From contig SMSO01000035.1 of NCBI GenBank assembly GCA_004764695.1, forward strand, positions 2,232,001-2,296,000: 64,000 nucleotides of DNA. The letters are read 5' to 3'. The stretch is from Schizochytrium sp. TIO01 (Eukaryota; Protista; Bigyra: Labyrinthulomycetes). Each line of letters starts with the position of its first letter. Positions within the stretch are counted from its first letter, which is position 1. Under the pieces are notes generated by a model that was given only the letters and a program-made list of their open reading frames with translations, was not told where the DNA came from and ran no database searches. Made by a program: the position numbers and the translations under genes. This document shows positions 1 through 12,167 of the stretch, piece by piece.

Positions 1-1601
1 GATTCGTACGCAAGGGCAATGCGGGGATCCAACTCATCAAGATTAGGGCCAAGAGAGACTTGAACTCTCTTGCTTCGCAAAATAGCCTCAAAGGTCTGGT
101 CATCAGCCGCTGCCCTTAGTGCCCGGTTGTCCCAGAACGCAGGATCAACGTGTGGGTGGAACAAGAGAAGCTCCACCATTTCAAGGTTCCCACGCTCACT
201 TGCTTTGTAAATTGCGTACTGTTGCTGTGCAGATGCGTCTGCGCCTTTTCGAAGCAGTAATCTAACCATTTCGATCTGTTCGTTGCGAACTGCGCGTCGC
301 AAAGGTGCATCATAGTCCACGTGCAAGTCAATCTTGGCTCGATGTCGAGGGTGCTCAAAGAGCAAACAGACGAGCCACGTTTCTCCCATTTCGCTAGCAT
401 ATCGAAGCATTCGATTCAGCAATTCTGGTTCCGGATTAACGCGTTCGTCATTGAGAAAACAAATGACAGTTTCGACATGGTTCCGGCTGTACGCAGCACG
501 TAAAGCCCAGTAGCGACCTTTCGTTGGGTCAATACGCGGATCCTGTAAAAGAAGTCGTACACATTCTGAGTGACCACCCTGGGCAGCTCTTCGAAGTGCA
601 TCGTCATTTGGGGTTACGCGAGGGTCATTTAAGAGTCCTTGCACAATATGCGCATGCCCATTTTGACAGGCGAGACGAAGAGGCAGATTGTCCTCGACGG
701 CCGGGTCGACGCCGTCCACACCAAGGAGAAACTTGCACGTTTGCCACTGACCTCGCATGGCGGCGATACGGATTGCGTAGTTATGGTGGGTAGTTGGATC
801 CACTCTATCGGGAAGGTTTGGTGCCCGAAGTTCTTCTGGGCGATGCCACTGAAGAAGTTCTTGGCAGATTTGCCAGTGACCATAAGCAGCAGCAGTTCTG
901 AACGCATCATCTTGAAGTGCAGTAGGGTCAACTTCAGTGTAGGATAAAAGCAGACGTAGTAACTCAAGGTTTCCGGACCTGCACGCGATTCGCACAGGGA
1001 ATTGAGATGCCGCAGTGGGGTCGACGCGATCATCATCAAGCAAGAGTGCCACAATTTCATTTTGTTTTGCTGCGCATGACCGCCTCAATAATTCATTGTC
1101 TGAAATGCTTGGGTCAAGCCAGGCACCTTTATCACGAAATGACAAAGAGCTCTGTAAAGACTGAAAAACGACATCTTTCTTTTGCAATAGAGGTCTTTTT
1201 CGAGAGGTCTCTTCATCTCCACTGAGAGCATCTTCAGACTCTTCTAAAAATGCATGACTACCTTCCGTACTACTTGTAGTAGATGCTTCACTGCAAGCAT
1301 TGGTGTTTGATTTTGTGACCAGATGAGGCGATGGTCCATGATACCCTCCAGACTGAAGATTTCTAGTATACTCAAGCCTGGATCTCTCTAGAAGAACTTC
1401 TACCACCTCACGCTGTCCCTTCAGACACGCTCGAATAAATCCCGTAAATGCGCCACGCGAAGTGAGTGCTCTACGTCTGTCACACCCAGGCCTTTTAGAA
1501 TCAAGCAAAATTCGCACACGGCTGACATCTCCATTGGAACATGCCTGTTCGAATTCTTCAGCCGCTTGTTCTGAGCTTAAAAGGCTTTCACTAGCGCCCA
1601 T
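1..1601 (-). CDS. Ankyrin-repeat protein with predicted N-myristoylation (3' end runs off window)
   Basis: Manual translation from ATG at 1601 is open to the window edge (533 codons) and is absent from the ORF track because there is no stop. Starts MGASES (MGxxxS). Repeated units include LLDDDRVDPTAASQFPVRIACRSGNLELLRLLL, VDPAVEDNLPLRLACQNGHAHIVQGLLNDPRV, ALRRAAQGGHSECVRLLLQDPRIDP and AIYKASERGNLEMVELLL. Confidence 0.9.
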   Translation of the reverse strand, partial: MGASESLLSSEQAAEEFEQACSNGDVSRVRILLDSKRPGCDRRRALTSRGAFTGFIRACLKGQREVVEVLLERSRLEYTRNLQSGGYHGPSPHLVTKSNTNACSEASTTSSTEGSHAFLEESEDALSGDEETSRKRPLLQKKDVVFQSLQSSLSFRDKGAWLDPSISDNELLRRSCAAKQNEIVALLLDDDRVDPTAASQFPVRIACRSGNLELLRLLLSYTEVDPTALQDDAFRTAAAYGHWQICQELLQWHRPEELRAPNLPDRVDPTTHHNYAIRIAAMRGQWQTCKFLLGVDGVDPAVEDNLPLRLACQNGHAHIVQGLLNDPRVTPNDDALRRAAQGGHSECVRLLLQDPRIDPTKGRYWALRAAYSRNHVETVICFLNDERVNPEPELLNRMLRYASEMGETWLVCLLFEHPRHRAKIDLHVDYDAPLRRAVRNEQIEMVRLLLRKGADASAQQQYAIYKASERGNLEMVELLLFHPHVDPAFWDNRALRAAADDQTFEAILRSKRVQVSLGPNLDELDPRIALAYE

Positions 1602-3307
1602 GCTCCAGTCTGTAGTCTCTAAACTCTATCAACACTATCTTTTCTTTTCTGTAAAACTCGAATTCGAATATTGCAAGTGCAGCTGCACCTTGTTCAGGAC
1701 TTTGATTCAGATCTCGCTTTTCCACACGGCGTTGCGAGGTTAGCAATCAACCTTTGAAGAACCTCAATCTGAGAACTTAGATATGTTACCTTTGCTATGT
1801 GACCTCCCCGACGTTGGCGTTGCCACCAGCGAGGTGTTATCCGTGTCTTTGCAAAGACAATATCGCTAGCTTTCAGGTTTTAAGGAATACAATCTATCTC
1901 CCTACTATTACTTCAAGGCCAGCACGGGCCCACTCCGATGCAAAAGTCACGCGAGGTAGCGGCAGCGGCGTTAGACGACTCACGTCAGGTCAGCCAGCCA
2001 GCCAGCTTGGGGCCCTGCTGCCATGCAAACCTGTTGTGTCAGTGCTAATCTGGAGCGATCGCTCGCTGGAGCTTTGACAATCGATTGGTGAATCGAGGAT
2101 TGAACTTCGGCTTTCAAAAGTGCGACTTGTGAAAAGAAACAATTTATTTTGTAAAACTCAACAAAGAATGTAATGCGCGAGTTTGTGACAATTTAGGTAA
2201 ATGTCACTATGCTAGCGGCTTTTATGAGGACTTTTTTAAAGAGCATGGTTACTTACCCAAAACTGATTACTTGTGTCGCAGGTCGTTTCAGTTTAGAGTA
2301 CTTACCTACCCATCTACAATTGAGTGAGATAACAAGAAATCTATGGATCGCAGGAGCAGAGCAAAGCTGTCGTTGGTTAGAACGCGAGGTTTTTATACAA
2401 GTTAGATGTGCACGAACGTGTTGGGGCAGCGACTTCATACATAGCTTTGTTTCTACTTGAGCTAGATTTTATTTTTAATAAAATATATATATTCCGCGGA
2501 GGTCAAACTATCATTATCATTTTGCTCACCGTCAATTATTCAATTGTGCCCAAACTTTTTGGCCAAGACCAATGTCCCTTACTCTTCCCACCATCAAAAA
2601 GCAAGTCGGTGTCCATGTTCTCTTGCGCTTTCCAGCAATTGTAAACAACAACCTGGACGAATTCGAAGGTTTCACCTTAGGTGTATAATTTTACTACCTA
2701 CCCATTTTCGTACCCCAAAAGCGAAATAAGCAGAGCCCACTACTGGTACTTCCTATCCATCGAATAGGCGAATAGGATTGTAAGTCCAGAGATTGAAAGA
2801 AAATCAAGATCAGAACTGAATAGTAGTATTCTAGAGCTATCTGGTGTCCAACGAGACCTAAGCAAGACAATTCTGAGTCGAAGCAACCTGGTCCAACGAA
2901 GCATTCATTATTCTGCGTTTGGCCGGGAGATCATACCATGGCATTGCAACTGCGGCTCACACAGAATCAGCTTTAGGTCATAGGTACTTCAGACACGATG
3001 ATTAGTTGTGATTGAGAATCCACGAAAGACCTAATAGGTACCTACTATTCTTCTCTAGAGCTGCCTGCATACTCCCCTCAAAAATTCCGAACCCAAAGTT
3101 AAAATAGTGCAATCGCTCGACTCTCTGTCGGTGGTTTGTGGAGCTTGGTTTTCTCGTTGCTGAGCGTTATCCTAACTCCGTTGTAATCCGTCTACAGGAT
3201 CTTATACAGATAGTTTACTTGGTCTTTCAAAGCCGCAGCAGGCATTGTTTATTTCCGGGTGTGCTCTTGTGTAGATAGTATAACGAAGTAAAGAGTGCCC
3301 ATCGTCC

Positions 3308-4663
3308 ATGGCAGAGCTACGAAGACTTTGGAGCCGCCCAACGGTGGCAGCTGAGTGGGATGAGGAACATGAAGAGCGCAGTGCACAGTGGTGGGAGCTC
3401 TTTTTAGACCTTGTGATCGTGGCAGCAGTGGCAAACGTTGCCGATGGACTCAAAGAGACCCTCGAAGGCACGCCAGGGGCGGAGGTCCGCGTTGGCATTT
3501 CTGTGTTCGATTTCATCATGGAATTCTCGCTCTTCTTCACCGGTTGGCTAGAGTACACGCTACACACAACAAGATTCTTGGACACCTCATTTTTGCATAG
3601 CTTGTTGTTGTTTGGCTTCTTCCTAGGAACCTCGGGAATGGTGGTCAACGCGGGCACAAGCGAAGCGTACCGTGGGTTTGCAATAGGAGTGATCTTTCAG
3701 CGGTTGGCACTCATGGTGATGACGTTGGTCGTCTATATGCTCTTGCCCCGAGGAAGGCATCAAGCCCTCGTTGATGCTGGCCATATGCTCCCAACAATTA
3801 TAATCTTAAGTTTTGCACTTTGCTTTAATGCATCTGATGTAGTATTTCAAGTTTTATTGGGCATCTCTGCAACATATGAGGTTATTTTCCCACTTATGGA
3901 GCACTTGGGACACCTTTCAACCAGATCAGGGGTGCCTATCAATAAGGATCACATTCAAGAGCGGTTAGGATGCATGCTGATGGTCATTCTCGGTGAAAGC
4001 GTTATGTCATCTGTAATGTCATACCACAAAGTATCACACAAACCCTCGGCATATTATTCTGGAATGGCTCTCACTTTGACAATTACATTTGCAGTGGCTG
4101 TAATGTACTTTGCTGTTGTGCCGCCGAAAGAGTTCAGTGCTTTTCGGCGGTCTACGATCACAGGAGTTTCCTTGGTTGTTGCGCACTGGGTTTTGTTTCT
4201 TTCATTAACGGCATTGGGCGTTGGGATCAAACTGTATATAGCAGTTATTTTGGAAAGGGATGAGGATATCTTACTTGATGCACCATGTTATTTAATACTT
4301 TTTATTTCTCTCGGCATAGCCATAGGCTCCATGTTAGCCATGCGATTGTTGCATTGGTGGGGCCGACAGCCAGCGCCCAGTGACCCTATCTACATCCGCC
4401 GTGCCAAATATATATGGTGGTTTGGTCTCGTTATTTCCACACCTCTTCCATGGATTGTTGCGAGTATCACGATAGGGCGCCACCCACAAGGTGTAGAACC
4501 TTTTGGGGCTCTTTGGCAGGCTGTAGGGTGCATTTTCGGTGCAGTGGTTTTTGAGTCGACCATGCTTCACTGGCTAGATGCTCAAGGTTTTGGGTCGTTC
4601 ATTGATGCTCCGTTAAATGAAGCCTCACCACTTTTATCAAACACTAGTCCTGTAGGTGGTTGA
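3308..4663 (+). CDS. ltrA: Low temperature requirement A (LtrA) family multi-pass membrane protein, copy 1
   Basis: 451 aa, about 12 hydrophobic segments. Family-like motifs ERSAQWWELFLDLVIVAAV, YTLHTTRF and HIQERLGCMLMVILGESV. Confidence 0.85.
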   Translation: MAELRRLWSRPTVAAEWDEEHEERSAQWWELFLDLVIVAAVANVADGLKETLEGTPGAEVRVGISVFDFIMEFSLFFTGWLEYTLHTTRFLDTSFLHSLLLFGFFLGTSGMVVNAGTSEAYRGFAIGVIFQRLALMVMTLVVYMLLPRGRHQALVDAGHMLPTIIILSFALCFNASDVVFQVLLGISATYEVIFPLMEHLGHLSTRSGVPINKDHIQERLGCMLMVILGESVMSSVMSYHKVSHKPSAYYSGMALTLTITFAVAVMYFAVVPPKEFSAFRRSTITGVSLVVAHWVLFLSLTALGVGIKLYIAVILERDEDILLDAPCYLILFISLGIAIGSMLAMRLLHWWGRQPAPSDPIYIRRAKYIWWFGLVISTPLPWIVASITIGRHPQGVEPFGALWQAVGCIFGAVVFESTMLHWLDAQGFGSFIDAPLNEASPLLSNTSPVGG

Positions 4664-5802
4664 TGACTGTAATTATTTCACAGTCTGCAAATTCTTTAGC
4701 TGCGATGAACACCATCTACCTAAGTGTCTAAACGACTATTGCGGACACTCTCAAGGTCTTATCATTGGTTCCTGGTAGCAGAGCTGTCACAGCACATTCT
4801 TCAACGCGCTTCTCCTTTTTCCCAACAGAATCGTCATCTAAGAAACTTTAACAACGAAGGAACACAAATTACTTACTTGTCAAAGTTGACCTTGCCATAT
4901 TAGGCTACTAACTACCTAGTACCTACTATTATCTATAGCACTCATTGCAACGATATGTGGAAGTCAAAACTTGCTTTGTATGATTCAAACTATACCTAGC
5001 TAGTTACTTGATACTACTTTCGCTTGAGAATTGCATTCTTTCATACAGACTTCTATTCTTTGTATTTGTCGAACGCGCTTATTCTCTGAGAAATAAACCA
5101 CGAGACCTGAGCGTGATGCAGTAGGCAGCCGGTGGTGCTCAGGTCAGGTCGTGAGTCTCAGCGTGCAACTTTCGTGAGAAGACTCTCCGGCGTCGAAACG
5201 TCAACAGGAAACGCAACTTGGTGACCCAGCGGATCTGCAGAAGCAATTCTAGTATGGCTCTAACACTTGAAGTTTCATTGCTTGAAAGAATAAGCATGTG
5301 CTCGTTTGCGATTGAAGCGATGCAAAGGAACAACGACAATGGCTGTCAGAATTGAATTTATTCACACTCGCTCGTTTTGTTTACAAGTTAAACCCAACCT
5401 GATACAATGAAGCACAAAAACCAATAATCTAGGTACTAACAAAAGGCGACGTATTGCAGATGAGTATATGAGTCACACGTTGAAACCGCCGCATTCCTCT
5501 CGCGTTGACCAGAAATGATTCTTTATCGCAGGACATATTCTGATCCATTATTGAGACGAGATGACTTCATATCGAGGCTCTGCCCTGACTAGTTCCAGAG
5601 CATAACAAGTGTGAACCATCCACCCAGACTATCCTTGATACCGTACCACACGAGAATAATAGAGAGCTTATGCAACGCACTTAAATGAACGAGAGTCGTG
5701 CTAAGGAAAACCAGTTCCCGAACAAAACGGGGCCCGTATATTGAAAGGTCAACCGAAGGGCACATAAGTGAATTGCTCGACTAAAAAGCACAGACGAAGG
5801 AA

Positions 5803-7242
5803 ATGCCATCGTCAGCAGAACAGTGGCGCATATGCACCCGACCTACTGTGGCAGCCGAATGGGATCGGGAATATGAGAGTCGATCATCAGAATGGTGGGA
5901 GTATTTTTTTGATTTGGTCTTTGTGGCTGCGATGACGAATATTGCTGAAGGGTTTACAGAAGCACTTTATGAAGAGCCTTATGGAGAGCACGCACTCGCC
6001 CAAGCAGTGACAGATTTTATTTCACAGTACACTCTATTCTACTCGGGCTGGTTTCAATACCTGCTGTATACGACAAGGTTTATTGATACATCCTTGATGC
6101 ACTCTGCGATTCTATTCGTTCATATTTGGGGTACTGCTGGTATGGTGGTAAATGCAGGCACTGTAGAGTCGCGATTTGGGTTTGGTACAGGTGTCATCAT
6201 CCAACGTATTGCACTTTTCGCTATGATGTTCTCCATTTCTGTGGTGCTTCCCCGGGGAAGGCGCCAAGCATATGCAGAAATGCTTCATGTAACTCCTGGT
6301 ATTGTTATTCTCACAGTAGGATTTCTTCTTGGCCTTACAACAGGGTATATGCAGGCCCTTCTTGTTGCGATTAGTGTGTGGGAGCTCGCATATCCTTTGC
6401 TTCAAACGAGCTGCGCAGTACTTTCCAGGCAAGCAGTCCCAATTCATATTGACCATATGCAAGAACGTTTGGGAAGCTTTGCAATTTCGATGTTGAGCGA
6501 AAGTGTAGTCTCTTCTGTTACTTCATATCGAAAGGTTTACCACTGTCGTACTTATTACTACATTGCGATGACCATGTCTCTTTTCATAACCTTTGCGATT
6601 GCTTTAATCTATTTTGCGATCGTTCCACCTCGACATTTAAACGCACTTCGCCGTTCAAAGTACTCTGGTGTTGCAATGTCTTGGGCGCATTGGGCTCTTG
6701 GCATTTCACTTGTCTCAATGGGAGTAGCAGTTAAACTTATCCTGAAGGTCATCCTTCAACCAGAGTTTTCACTTTTGCGCCTTCCTTGGTACTGGATGTT
6801 CATGGGATCTCTTGGGCTCACTCTCGGTTCAATGTATTCGCTTCGGCTTTTGCACTGGTACGGAAGGCAACCAGCCCCAAGTGATCCTCCACAAGTTCGC
6901 AAAATCAAGTATATTTGGTGGATCGGCCTTGGGCTTATTACACCATCTCCAGTGGTTGTTGCAGCTATCACATCTGCCATACGTCCAGACGGAATCGATT
7001 CTTTTGTTGCTCTGACACAAGGTGTGCTTTGTGTTTTGGTTTTTGTGTGTTTTGAAGCTGGAATTGTACATTGGTTGGCAGCTTTGGGGCATGAAAGTCT
7101 ATCCGAAAGCGCATCCTATGATTTCCATTCACTTTTGTCTGTACCTGTACCTGCAGGAGAAACACTGCTTTCCCGAGATCAACAACCTCGGGGTGAACAA
7201 GATCGACAAGATTTAATATCTGGAGATCCCAATGACGCCTAG
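5803..7242 (+). CDS. ltrA: LtrA family multi-pass membrane protein, copy 2 (tandem paralog)
   Basis: 479 aa. SSEWWEYFFDLVFVAAM and HMQERLGSFAISMLSESV; shares RPTVAAEWD, GMVVNAGT and GRQPAPSDP with copy 1. Confidence 0.85.
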   Translation: MPSSAEQWRICTRPTVAAEWDREYESRSSEWWEYFFDLVFVAAMTNIAEGFTEALYEEPYGEHALAQAVTDFISQYTLFYSGWFQYLLYTTRFIDTSLMHSAILFVHIWGTAGMVVNAGTVESRFGFGTGVIIQRIALFAMMFSISVVLPRGRRQAYAEMLHVTPGIVILTVGFLLGLTTGYMQALLVAISVWELAYPLLQTSCAVLSRQAVPIHIDHMQERLGSFAISMLSESVVSSVTSYRKVYHCRTYYYIAMTMSLFITFAIALIYFAIVPPRHLNALRRSKYSGVAMSWAHWALGISLVSMGVAVKLILKVILQPEFSLLRLPWYWMFMGSLGLTLGSMYSLRLLHWYGRQPAPSDPPQVRKIKYIWWIGLGLITPSPVVVAAITSAIRPDGIDSFVALTQGVLCVLVFVCFEAGIVHWLAALGHESLSESASYDFHSLLSVPVPAGETLLSRDQQPRGEQDRQDLISGDPNDA

Positions 7243-7399
7243 AGGTATAAACAATCGACACCATCGCTTAGAATGCATCCCAGAGAGGACACCATTTCTG
7301 GATTATTGTTTTGCAAATCCGAATTCGCGCTTGATATAATGGCAAATTATTCCTCAGGGATGTTTAGCATCGAGGCTTTCAACTCTTAATGCAAGTAAC

Positions 7400-7720
7400 T
7401 TAATAAGACAGAACAGTTTCGCATTTATACTTTATGTCTATGTTACAAAGAACATAACGCTTAACTCTAATAACTCTAGCTAGAGAAGTTGTAACAACTT
7501 TGCGCTTTCTACTTAGCTTCGTGCTAAGCAAGGTGGCAAATTCGCGAACTCTCCAAAATGATATCTGCTCTTTATTACCTTCTGTATTGTCAGATATATT
7601 ATTGTACTGGCATAAATGTTTGCAGAGCTGCAAGATCAATTTATGCGAATCCCTATGCGCTATCCAATAAGTTATATAGTTCGCTCATTCACATTTAAAT
7701 ACTGTGTGCGGTATTCTCGT
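7400..7720 (-). pseudogene. Possible decayed RI-type LRR gene fragment
   Basis: Minus-strand fragments QYLNVNERTI*LIG and LCKHLCQYNNISDNTEG...VREFATLL resemble the LxxLxLxxNxIxDxGxxxLAxxL consensus. Interrupted by stops. Confidence 0.3.
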
Positions 7721-8301
7721 TGAAGCAGAAACAAAAATTGTCTTTGCTTGTCTTGAATCACTGGCAAATTTGGCATGTCTTGCGAGCTAAGAGAAGGAAA
7801 GGTATTCTGCCTCTCTTGTCAATGATTGTATCTTTTATTCACTGCTCCCCAAACATCAAGATAAACAGGAATCTCATCTTGGCCCAGTCACATTAAACAA
7901 GCAACAATTGTTTACACAAAATTCCATTTGCTATTTAGATACCTCGTACATTTGCATGCATCACACGCAGGTACTCTAGAGGTAGAGAAAGACGCTACTC
8001 TTAGTATATGCATATCAACGAATAGTAGGTACCTTCATAGGTACTTGCAGGTAGAGTGGTAAGTGGTTTATTTTTGTTTTTGAAACTAATTAGACCGTTT
8101 ACTCAACGGTCGTATTTAAGTCCTCTCCTCTCGGGACTCGTGTATGTAACCGGGCAAGCTTACCTATAGACTATGCAGCCCACCAATATCAAGTTGCCGG
8201 ATACATAGTCCTTGCGCCACGAGAGGGTGTCGATCAGCAGGACTATCGTTGAGTCCACCTTGGCTTGTTCCAACCTTCAAGCAGATCACTTCTAAATTAA
8301 G

Positions 8302-11300
8302 ATGGCGCCTGCCAAAAAGGACAGCAGTGGCAAAGGAAAAGCTAAACTAAAGGCAGCAGAGCACAACTTAGGAAATTTAAGCGACGCGGAGAAAGAATAC
8401 AATTTACAAGTTCCCCGTGGCGATCTGCGAATCCGATTCCCCAAAGTCGTGGTTTCTCCAGAAAATGATGAACAAGGTATATGGTTCAGATGGCGACTGG
8501 CAGCTATTGAACTTCCAGAGGAGGAAGGATTCGAGAACATAAAGAGCAAAGTTCAATCTGCAGGATGCACAGAGATTATCGAATGTACTAGTGGTGAGTT
8601 TGGGTTTCAAGGTGAAATCATGGGTGTACCAGTTTGCCCAAAATTTACAAATTTACTGCTACAAGAATCCCAAGATGGGGACCGCTACAAAGTTGTAGTT
8701 GAGGCTTTCCTCGGAGAATACGGCAACGCAGATGAAGATAAACTTGTGGGAAAGTCATCAGTTGACCTTGCTCCACTTATTGCGGATGCCATGAACTCTT
8801 TAAGACTCGATTTAAGACTTTGCCAGCTTGGAGAAGAAAGCCAAAGCTCACCAGAACAACTTACATCTTTGTTACTTGGCATCGAGATTGAGGCCAGCGA
8901 ACCTCTTAAAGATTTTTGGGCAAACGGTGCCCTCTTTTCATGCGAGAATTTGAAATTGCACAATGTACCCGATGAATGGAAAACTTTGTTTTCTTCGTCA
9001 GAAAATCCGGTAAAGGCGAAAGTAGATCTTGACACTATTACAATCCTGCACGGTCAGGTTTCGCAAGTCCCAGAAGATCCTAAGACTACTGCAAATAATA
9101 GCACCAACTCCAATGACCAGGAGAAAGGAAAGCATGGAGGCAGCTGTTCCAGTGAAGAGTGGGGAAGAAACTGAAATCAAGGAAGGTGAACCAGAGTCAA
9201 TCTGGACAATCTCAGCAGGTGCGATGTTTGGGCCTTCCGTATTTGTTCCAAGTTCAGTTTTGGAATCTCTTATGGAAAGTCACGAGCTTAAATTTGATTT
9301 TGTTGTGGAAAGTGAGCCATCTGCAGATGCAACATTGACTCTCCGTGGAAGGTCCGACGCTGACGTGAGTGGCTTACTCGTACAAAATGTGACCAAATCA
9401 AGTCTACAAAGTCAGCTTTCAATTCCTCGTATGCCGACACCGCAAAGTGATGAAGCAAATCACATAGACAACTCACATGAAACCATTAAAACCCAAGCTT
9501 CTGAACAGGAACCTCCATTTGTTTGTCTTATGACAATGGATATGTGTTTGGGTCGTCCGTTGGTTGCAAGTCCGCCAGAACCAAGACCTGTCTTACCTCG
9601 TGTGCGAGACCTCATTCAGGGCCGACCACCGCGTCGCATGCGGGCACCAAGCGCCATCGAGATGATCGATGAAGCTGCGGAGAATATCATTGATCGTGTG
9701 ACAAATGTATACGCATCTGCATCTACTGAGGAACAAGATCGCGTACAGCTTTTGCACAGTCTAAATATCAATGGTCACTACCAGGTAATGAGAAACTCAC
9801 TGAAGGAGGCACTAAGCAAATTTGTGACAACTGAACGTGATGGTGAATTTGCAGGACTACAAGGAGATGCTTTATATAGTGCTGTGTACGAGAAGGGCCT
9901 TGCATTGTTGAATCAAACCTTCAATGATAAGATTGAAGCCGCCAAACGAGGTCAAAATACTTTGAAGGACAAACCTACTCCAGCGCGTCGCGCATCCGAG
10001 CTTCAGCACCGCCTTGCGAATCTCCTGACCCGTGCTAAAGATTTTGAAGCTCAAGGCTTATATGAGGAAGCGGAAGAGCTGTATCAAGAGCGTGTTGGAG
10101 ATGCTGAAAAAACTTCTCTCATGGATAATGAGCAAGACCTTCCTGTCGATCCGCTTGTTTGGTTTCAGTATGCTACGTTTTGTCTTCGAAGGGGCCAATC
10201 TTATCGCGCAGCTGCCGCCGAATGTCTACAAAGCGCATTGGCCCTGGATGATCAGCATACTCCTAGTCTAATTGCGTACGGTGCTCTGCTGCTTGAAAGC
10301 GGCAGCGCAGCTCAAGCAGAAACGTTTTTGGCTCAAGCCTTGGCCGGCGATCCATCTGTGCAGGCTATTGGAGCGGATTTCTTTGCAACAGCACACGGAT
10401 TGTTGAAATTAATTCCTGAAAGATTGGCTGCATCTCAACCTCCAGCTAATTTCGTGGGAGCTTGCCTAGATTGGCAAATTGCAGAAGATGAAGACAAAAC
10501 GTGCCTTGCTTTGTACACCCATGCGTGCGCACGCTGTCTAAGTTGGAATCTTTCTCGTATGGCAGCCCAGCTTCTTAAGGCACGTACTCATGTATTTACC
10601 CTAGCTAAGGCGCGACTTTCGAATGAGGACATATCAGCTATTCGCTTTACAAACAAAATTCTTGAAGGTTGGCTTGAGTCAAATGAAGAGAAGCTAGAAG
10701 ATGCATTAGAAATCTGCGACTTTTCTCCGACAGGTTTTATGCTTCTCGCACAAGTTATGACCAGCAAGAACGAATTGCATCCAGGTAGTTCTTCATCGAG
10801 AGAACTGCACCGTCTCGCGCTCGAGCAAGCCTTCGGGCGGTTGACTTCTCCTGAGAAGTTTCCTTTAGCCGAGAATATTCTGTTTTGGCACATAACAATC
10901 GATGATGCTTTAGTGCAAAGGTCTGTGCTAGAGCTTGGTAAAATCTATTTGGAGGAGAAAGCAGCAGGGGCTGCGAAACGTGTTTTTCTTTATGCGTGCT
11001 CAAGATGGCCTTCGCCATTAGGTTGGATGGGAGCAGGGGAGGCGTGCATGCTAGGTGAGGCTTACACCGATGCCATCGATGCTCTTGCCGAGGCGAATTT
11101 GATGGATCAGTCTTCGCCTCGTATTTGGGGACTTCTTTCGCTTGCGTGTCTTCGATCAGGCATGCTTGAGCTTGGACAAATTTCTTTCAAGTACACCAAA
11201 GAACTTCGAGATACAAACCTTTTAGGGGACCTTGGTACCCAGTTTCTAGAGCTTGGAGACCTCGCCCGAGCGTCGGAGGCCCTCCATCAGAAGATGGCAA

Positions 11301-11464
11301 TTGACAGTTCTCAGGACCCAGCATTGGCCCAAACCTTGCTATTGCAGAATAGGTTTGAAGAGGCTAAAGTTCTCCTTAATTCCATGCAAACTGATGAGCA
11401 TGCACAATTAAATGACCTCCTTCGTAAGCTTGTTGTCCAAGACTGCCGTCTCGAGAGTGCGTAG
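8302..11464 (+). CDS. CFAP70: Cilia- and flagella-associated protein 70-like (C2-like N-terminus, TPR repeats), split into two frames near 9120-9145
   Basis: ORFs 8302-9174 and 9029-11464 overlap in different frames and join as ...NSNDQEK/ESMEAAVPVKSGEE... Includes a C2-like segment (DKLVGKSSVDLAPLI), a CFAP70-like block (LLHSLNINGHYQVMRNSLKEALSKFV) and TPRs (WFQYATFCLR..., AIDALAEANLMDQSSPRIWGLL). Confidence 0.7.
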
Positions 11465-11861
11465 CCTCGTAATACATAACTCTACACGCTGCTTATATAT
11501 CATATCATAATTCGTTCAATGTATGAATCCAAATTTTGTTCTCTTCTCTTCTTTTTTAATCAAAAAGGCAAAGAAGAAATACCTTGATAAACGCATCAAA
11601 GTTGTACCCACGTTTCGCAATCCACTTTTAGTCTGTTAATAGATGGCGAAGCAAAATCGATGTCAAAAAAACAATAGCTTGTACAATACTTCCTAAGTCA
11701 CAGTCGAGTGCACACTAGAAGGCTTTCCTCCATAGTACCTTACTCCAGGTTAGAATGAAACTACACTAAGAGAGTTAAAATTTAAAAAGAAATCATGTTC
11801 AAGGATTTCTTGCCCGCACGCAGCACGCCATGCAAACTCCAGACTCCAATCATTGAGCATC

Positions 11862-12167
11862 ATGGCTGACCCAGATACAGTTGGCGATAGCGCTGGACAA
11901 AGTTCTGGCGGCAAGAAAAGTATTCGAGTCAAGGTGCTATATTTTGCTCGGGCACGGGAGATTTGCGGACGGGCTTTGGAAACATGGGACCTCAGCTCAG
12001 GCGCGACTGCCAAGGACCTTGAAGCACAGTTGCTCCGTAAATATGAGGGGCTAAGTGAACTGACAGAAAGCTGTGCTTGGGCCATCAACGAAGATTATGC
12101 GGATGCCTCACAAGTTCTTGAGGACGGAGACGAAGTAGCTCTCATCCCTCCCATCAGCGGAGGCTGA
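11862..12167 (+). CDS. MOCS2A: Molybdopterin synthase sulfur carrier subunit (MoaD/MOCS2A)
   Basis: VKVLYFARARE, AINEDY and C-terminal LEDGDEVALIPPISGG with di-glycine. First ATG is at 11862; the ORF track starts at TTG 11853. Confidence 0.92.
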   Translation: MADPDTVGDSAGQSSGGKKSIRVKVLYFARAREICGRALETWDLSSGATAKDLEAQLLRKYEGLSELTESCAWAINEDYADASQVLEDGDEVALIPPISGG

